64,000 nucleotides of DNA from an uncultured Acidimicrobiia bacterium. GTDB taxonomy: Bacteria; Acidobacteriota; Terriglobia; Versatilivoradales; Versatilivoraceae. Below are positions 58,254-64,000 of this stretch, piece by piece. Both the position numbers and the translations under genes were made by a program. Under the pieces are notes generated by a model that did no database searches, was not told where the DNA came from, and was given only the letters and a program-made list of their open reading frames with translations. Position 1 is the stretch's first letter. The number at the start of each line of letters is the position of its first letter. The stretch spans positions 64,001-128,000 of the forward strand of contig CAWBAT010000003.1 of assembly GCA_963786955.1 (NCBI GenBank), read 5' to 3'.

Positions 58254-59890
58254 ATGTCTCTACTGAATGTTCAGGTCTCAGTTTCCGCCACCCCTCTCAA
58301 TCTGATCCCCTATTCGAAAAAGTTTCTTTCGAAATCAATCCAGGTGACCATATTGGGCTTGTCGGTCCCAATGGTTCTGGCAAGTCAACTTTGCTTCGCC
58401 TGCTTACTGGCGAGTTGGAACCGAACACCGGTTCCATTGTCCGCCGCCATCCACTCCGTGTGAGCTATGTACCGCAGGAGAGCAATGCGCCGGACGAACT
58501 GTCGCTTGGGGATTATCTGCATGATGGCCAACCCAGAGCTTGGAGCGATTTATCGACAGATCCGTGCCCTGGAGTCTCAATTGGATAGCAGTGAACAGGC
58601 CAGCCGGTACGCTGAACTCTTAAATACATACCAAGAGCGAGATGGATTCCGGCTGCAGGCAGAAGCAGAAAAATCATGGCGGGACTTGGATTCAGCCCCA
58701 GGAGAAGAAACTTGCCAATGGGCCTGCTGTCCAGTGGTCAACGCGCTCGGTCCGAGTCGTCAGGCTATTGCTCTCCCCGACAGACCTCTTCTGATCGATG
58801 AGCCTAGCAACCATCTTGATATTGCAGCTAGAGAATGGCTGGAGGAATATCTGTCCCGTCTGAATGCAGCCTATCTGGCGGTATCACATGACCGGTTTTT
58901 TTTAAACGAAGCGACAAGTCGGATACTTGAAATATGCCATTGAAGCTTTGCCGTGTATGAAGGGAATTATGAGTTCTATCTTGAACAGCGTGATCTTCGG
59001 GAAAGACAAGCTTGGGAGCAGTATCAAGCCCAACAGCGACGGTCGGAGACCGCCGACTATTCGGCTCGACGGCGCATGGGTCTGGCAAATAAAGTGGCCA
59101 GAACTCCCCGGGGCATTCGATCCGGCCATGACTTCTATAGAAGCCAAGGCTGCCAAGGTTGCTCGCACAGCCCGTATTCTCCGCGAGAGAGTTCAGTCGA
59201 GAGCCCATCGCCAAAAAACCCTGGCAAGAAGATCCCATTCCTACACTCCATTTTGCTAATGTGGTTGCTTCGTCTGACGTTGCACTCCGGGTCGAGGGCC
59301 TGAGCAAGGCCTATCCTGGGAAAGAGCTGTTTCGGGATTTGAGTTTTACCGTCCGTTCAGGAGAACGGTGGGCGATTCTCGGATCAAACGGCTCAGGGAA
59401 GACCACGCTGCTGCGTGTTTTACTGGGACAAATGCCTGCCGATGCAGGAACCGTTCAGATTGGATCGAAAGTAAGAATTGGTTATTACGCGCAAGAGGGC
59501 GAAAATCTGGATCCTGACAGGTCGCCTGTTGAGCTCGGTCTTGCAGTCAACCCAGACGAAACTTGGGTTCGTACGATCCTCGGTTGTCTGCGTTTGCGCG
59601 GGGAAAAGGCGAATGGTCCCGATACAAAACAATGAGTGCCGGAGAACGCGCCAAAGGTCGCCTTGGCGAGAATCCTCTTCAGCGGAGCCAATCTGCTATT
59701 TCTTGACGAGCCGACAAATCATCTCGACATCGATGCACGGGAAGCCGTCGAAGAGACGCTCTCGTACTATCCGGGCACTCTTCTCTTTGTTTCGCACGAT
59801 CGCTATTTCATCAAGACTCTGGCAGACGAGATTCTCGAACTTTCAACAATAGCAGGTGGGTCCGAACTCAACCCCCAATCGATGCTCTGA
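58254..59890 (+). CDS. ABC-F family ATPase, multiple frameshifts
   Basis: Two NBDs (GPNGSGK, IDEPSNHLD, VSHDRFF, YEGNY; GSNGSGKT, LDEPTNHLD, VSHDRYF) and no TM segments. Confidence 0.88.
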
Positions 59891-60032
59891 TGAAAAGTAA
59901 AAGCACGAACAAGGGTTCGCAAATATCCTCAAAACGCCTCTGCTGTTTGCTTGAGTTGTTCTAGAAGGAAATCTATAATGAATCTACTTGCAAACAAGAT
60001 GGTTCAAAAGGAACCCGTGAGAAGGAGGAGCT

Positions 60033-61533
60033 ATGAATGCACCCGCTATTCAAATTGATCCCCGTGTCAGTTCAACTCTGGCGAAGCAGGGAAGATTGTT
60101 GATCAACAATCGCTGGGAAGAAGCTGCTTCAGGAAAGTCTTTCCCAACCTACAATCCCGCCACTGGAGAAGTTCTAGCCCGAGTGGCCGAGGGAGATAAA
60201 GATGACGTTAATCAGGCCGTGAAGGCAGCACGGTCTGCCTTCGAAAAGGGGCCGTGGCCCAAGATGACACCTTCAGAGAGGGGTCGTTTGATTTGGAAAC
60301 TGGGCGATCTCATTAGAAGTTCACCTCGAAGAATTTGCAGAGCTCGAAAGTCTCGACAATGGCAAACCGCTGACGGTAGCTCGAGTAGCAGACGTCCCGC
60401 TAGCGGCGGATTTGTTCCGCTATATGGCCGGCTGGGCCACGAAGATTGAAGGGCACACGATTCCGATCTCGGTTCCCTATACTCCGGGAGCCAGCTACCA
60501 CGCTTATACCCTGCGCGAACCGGTGGGTGTGGTTGCCCAGATCATCCCATGGAATTTCCCGTTGCTTATGGCAGCCTGGAAACTAGGTCCAGCCTTAGCG
60601 ACTGGTTGCACAGTTATCCTGAAACCAGCAGAACAAACTCCTCTGACGGCATTACGACTCGGGGAAGTGATTCTTGAGGCGGGATTTCCCGAAGGAGTCG
60701 TGAATATTGTTACGGGCTTCGGAAATGCAGGGGCTGCTCTCGCCAGCCACCCGGATGTGGATAAGGTGGCCTTTACCGGCTCAACAGAGGTAGGCAAGCT
60801 CATCGTCCAAGCTGCAGCCGGAAATCTTAAGAAAGTCTCTCTGGAACTGGGTGGAAAATCTCCCAACATTATTCTAAAAGATGCCGACATCGAAACTGCC
60901 GTGCAGGGTGCCGCCAGCGCCATTTTCTTCAATCATGGCCAGTGCTGCTGCGCCGGCTCACGTCTCTACGTGGAAAGCAGCATTTTTGACAAGGTGGTCG
61001 ATGGCGTGGCCGAGCTCGCCAAGAAGATCAAACTAGGATCAGGATTTGACCCAGCCACCGAAATGGGACCCCTGGTATCCACTGAGCAACTCGACCGGGT
61101 GTGTGGTTATCTGGAGGCGGGTATTGCTGAGGGAGCCAGCGCGGTGGCGGGAGGACACAAAATTCCGGGTAAGGGATACTTTGTCGAGCCGACGGTTCTG
61201 GTGAATACAAACGAAAGAATGAAAGTGGTCGAGGAAGAAATTTTTGGCCCCGTCGTCGCAGCGCTTCCTTTCAAGGATCTTGATGAAGTCATGCCCAGGG
61301 CCAACGACTCCGCATATGGTCTGGCTGCAGGAATCTGGACATCGGATATTACGAAAGCGCATCACTTGGCCTCCAAGTTGCGTGCAGGAACGGTTTGGAT
61401 CAACTGCTATAACATTTTCGACGCCGCATTGCCTTTCGGTGGCTACAAACAATCGGGATGGGGAAGAGAGATGGGGCATGATGTGCTCGAGATGTATACG
61501 GAAGTCAAAGCCATCTGCGCCAGAATAGGCTAG
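60033..61533 (+). CDS. NAD-dependent aldehyde dehydrogenase, frameshift near 60315
   Basis: [49 protein letters not shown]. Confidence 0.96.
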
Positions 61534-61582
61534 GGTCAGACTCTTTTGATTCTCTTGGATGTGGCACCTTGTATCGAGGACT

Positions 61583-61760
61583 GGTCACCCCTTGCGGTGC
61601 TAATGTATCTTCAACGCCCGCCTATTGATTGGTCGCCCTACGGGGCTTTATGCCATGCTATTCAAGGGTTTATGGTGTGTAGACTTGAAGTCCCGTTAGG
61701 GACGACCTATTTATAGAACGCGTTTCCCGCATTTACCCTGAGCCCCACTAGGGGCGGCCT
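61583..61760. repeat. Cluster of short palindromic REP-like units (second family)
   Basis: ggtcgccctacggggct (61631), agtcccgttagggacgacct (61689), agccccactaggggcggcct (61741) and a degenerate copy at 61583. Confidence 0.6.
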
Positions 61761-61935
61761 ATTTAGCGGTGATGAACTTGTCGATCCGGCATCGATATTG
61801 AAAATTGAATCTTGTGATAGTGTGCTCTCCCCGGCCCCTCTTTGTTTAGCCCGAGACATACTGACAGTGTTCGGGGACATCACTGACACTTTAATTTAGG
61901 AAGCCCTAATTCCCAAAAACCCAGGAGAACATGCG

Positions 61936-62517
61936 ATGAAGAAGACAAGTATTTTAGCAGTGTTAATTTTTATTTTCGCGAGTGTTTCCTCTTGGATTCA
62001 GGCAGGGGACTCAGCAAAAGGAGGCAATACTCCATTGATCTATGATTTTGTTCTTAAAAGCATCGATGGCAAAGAGGTGAAATTGGATCAATACCGCGGG
62101 AAAACTCTTCTGCTGGTGAACGTTGCCAGCCAGTGTGGCTACACTCCACAGTATGAAGGCCTGCAGAAGATCTACCTGAAGTATAAAGATCAGGGATTCG
62201 TTGTTCTCGGGTTCCCGGCCAATAATTTTGGCGCTCAGGAGCCAGGCACTGATCAAGAGATCAAAACTTTTTGTTCTACTCGCTATCAAGTGACGTTTCC
62301 CATGTTTTCCAAGATTTCCGTGAAAGGTCCTGACAAAAATCCACTTTATAAGTTTTTGACGGAAGAGAAAACCGACCCTAAATTTGCGGGAGAGATTAAG
62401 TGGAACTTTAGCAAGTTCTTGGTTGATAAGAATGGCAATATCGTTGCCCGCTTCGACTCTAAAGATACTCCCGAAAGTGAAAAAGTTGTCGAGGCCATTG
62501 AGCAGGCCGTGAAATAA
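61936..62517 (+). CDS. Glutathione-peroxidase family protein (Cys type) with signal peptide
   Basis: VNVASQCGYT, GFPANNFGAQEPG, WNFSKFL. Confidence 0.95.
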   Translation: MKKTSILAVLIFIFASVSSWIQAGDSAKGGNTPLIYDFVLKSIDGKEVKLDQYRGKTLLLVNVASQCGYTPQYEGLQKIYLKYKDQGFVVLGFPANNFGAQEPGTDQEIKTFCSTRYQVTFPMFSKISVKGPDKNPLYKFLTEEKTDPKFAGEIKWNFSKFLVDKNGNIVARFDSKDTPESEKVVEAIEQAVK

Positions 62518-62545
62518 ATAAGGACGATTTCATCCTAGCTGCCTC

Positions 62546-63097
62546 TTGCTGATGGTGACTGAGAAGGTCGTGGATACAAAAAACCCAGAATCGCCGGGTT
62601 CCGGGAGTTCTAAGCTCCATTCTTTCGAGTCCTACGAACGAGCTTCAGGCGCAAGTTATAGTTGGACCGTTCGCGCTCGCGGAAGTGATCGGGCGGAAGC
62701 CGCAGCCTACGCCCGTAACCAGGCATTCACTGTCTGCGGGCAGGCCAGTTTCAGAGCATCGGACCCCCATCCGAGCGCGGTTGAATATTTGCTAGGCGCC
62801 CTCGGTGGGGATCTTCTCACAGGATTTGCTGTGAGTGCCGCCCGACGAGCAATCCAGCTGCATGACACGGAAGTCAGCATTTCGGGTTGCCTCAACAATC
62901 CGCTGGTGTTTTTGGGCGTGATTGGGGAAAAAGGTCATCCTGGCTTCGAGACAATCACTGGAACTCTGTATGTCAGCGCAGATGCCGAAGCTTCGACCTT
63001 ACGGCAGATCTGGGAAGAGGTGCTGGCACAATCTCCCCTTGTCAACACATTGCGGCGAGCCGTAAATCTTGCTTTGGAGCTTCAGATCACCGTCTAA
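62546..63097 (+). CDS. OsmC-like protein lacking the canonical cysteines
   Basis: PSAVEYLLGALGGDL, PGFETI, SPLVNTL. Confidence 0.75.
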   Translation: MLMVTEKVVDTKNPESPGSGSSKLHSFESYERASGASYSWTVRARGSDRAEAAAYARNQAFTVCGQASFRASDPHPSAVEYLLGALGGDLLTGFAVSAARRAIQLHDTEVSISGCLNNPLVFLGVIGEKGHPGFETITGTLYVSADAEASTLRQIWEEVLAQSPLVNTLRRAVNLALELQITV

Positions 63098-63338
63098 ATG
63101 TTTTTGATTTTGGATTCACCGCCAAGTAGAGTGTGGCAACCGTCCCATCCTCAATGAACCTACCCTTATCCTCTCGTCGAAATTCATAGGATGTGAACGA
63201 TAGGAGAATCTTTGGTGGAATGGACATTGTTCCGTCCATTTGTGGGAGGGAGGACTATGAGGACTGTCAAGTTAAGCGTGCATGGTAGCGACTCATCATA
63301 AATGAATAATATAAATCCCAAATTGCTCGAGGAGAATT

Positions 63339-64000
63339 ATGTACCGACTCAACGAAAAGCAGACCGTTTTGATCGACCAGATCCGTCGTCTCGCTGACGA
63401 AACGATTGCCCCCAATGCGGCGGAAGTCGATGAAAAGGGCCGTTTCCCGCGGCAGAGTATAGAAGCCCTGGCCAAGCACGGTTTCCTGGGATTAACGATT
63501 CCCCAGGAGTATGGCGGTCTGGGTGAAGGGATGCGCACGTCCTGTGCGGTTCTCGAAGAAGTTGCCCGGCGCTGCGCTTCGACGGGGATGGTCTATTTGA
63601 TGCACTTGTGCGGCTGCGCTTGCTACACGGCCCATCCTAAAGGGCATGAGGAGACTTTGCGGCAGGCCGCGCGCGGGGAGCATCTCTCCACACTAGCGTG
63701 GAGCGAAAGAGGCTCGCGTAGCCATTTCTGGGCTCCGGTTAGCCAGGGCATCAAAAAGAATGGAAACATTCTCCTGCAGGCGCAAAAATCCTGGGTGACA
63801 TCGGCCGGAGAAGCAGATGGATATGTGGTCTCTACACGAATGCCCGGCAGCGAGCAAGCGAATGATACCATCCTTTATTTGGTGCGAAAGGGAGATGCCG
63901 GGGTGGCGGTAAGTGGTGTCTGGAACAGTCTGGGAATGCGAGGGAATGCGAGCGCGCCCATGGCTTTGGATCAGTGCGAGATTCCACTGGAACGGGCGTT
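63339..64000 (+). CDS. Acyl-CoA dehydrogenase family protein (runs off the window)
   Basis: RBS gaggag, IAPNAAEVDEKGRFP, IPQEYGGLG, CASTGMVYLMH, AWSERGSRSHF, KSWVTS, LGMRGNAS. Confidence 0.92.
   Translation, partial: MYRLNEKQTVLIDQIRRLADETIAPNAAEVDEKGRFPRQSIEALAKHGFLGLTIPQEYGGLGEGMRTSCAVLEEVARRCASTGMVYLMHLCGCACYTAHPKGHEETLRQAARGEHLSTLAWSERGSRSHFWAPVSQGIKKNGNILLQAQKSWVTSAGEADGYVVSTRMPGSEQANDTILYLVRKGDAGVAVSGVWNSLGMRGNASAPMALDQCEIPLERA

Noticed and set aside
58254-59890. Definite antibiotic-resistance ABC-F
   Set aside because: The subfamily cannot be assigned from fragmented motifs without a phylogeny.
61936-62517. Selenocysteine glutathione peroxidase
   Set aside because: The active-site codon is TGT (Cys) and there is no in-frame TGA.

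Overview
This is a bacterial chromosomal window, most consistent with Acidobacteriota (CarboxypepD_reg-TonB receptor, DUF481 barrel, futalosine-pathway mqnD). Many genes are split by single-base indels, which look like long-read consensus errors rather than true pseudogenes. Most content is ordinary: tlyA, cstA/DUF190/crcB, mqnD, glycoside hydrolases (GH106-, GH97- and GH2-like), tryptophanase, sulfate and molybdate ABC transporters, a RAYT transposase with its REPs, a B12 radical SAM protein, two UroD-family genes, a TonB receptor, ABC-F, ALDH, GPx, an OsmC-like protein and an acyl-CoA dehydrogenase. The standout is the locus at 25.7-30.0 kb. It encodes a signal-peptide precursor with 11 copies of the core RDGSEGIPP (42-bp unit, all nucleotide variation synonymous). 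Downstream are a kinase-less 7-TM membrane protein, an overlapping membrane-anchored helical protein and a REC-PilZ protein. Divergently upstream is a GAF-Fis regulator with no AAA+ domain. I infer a candidate polyprotein peptide-signal/7TM-receptor system. A second notable signal is a 58-bp degenerate duplicate of the cstA 3' end bracketing a ~1.8-kb islet of broken genes. All calls come from reading the sequence and motifs by eye; no database searches were run.
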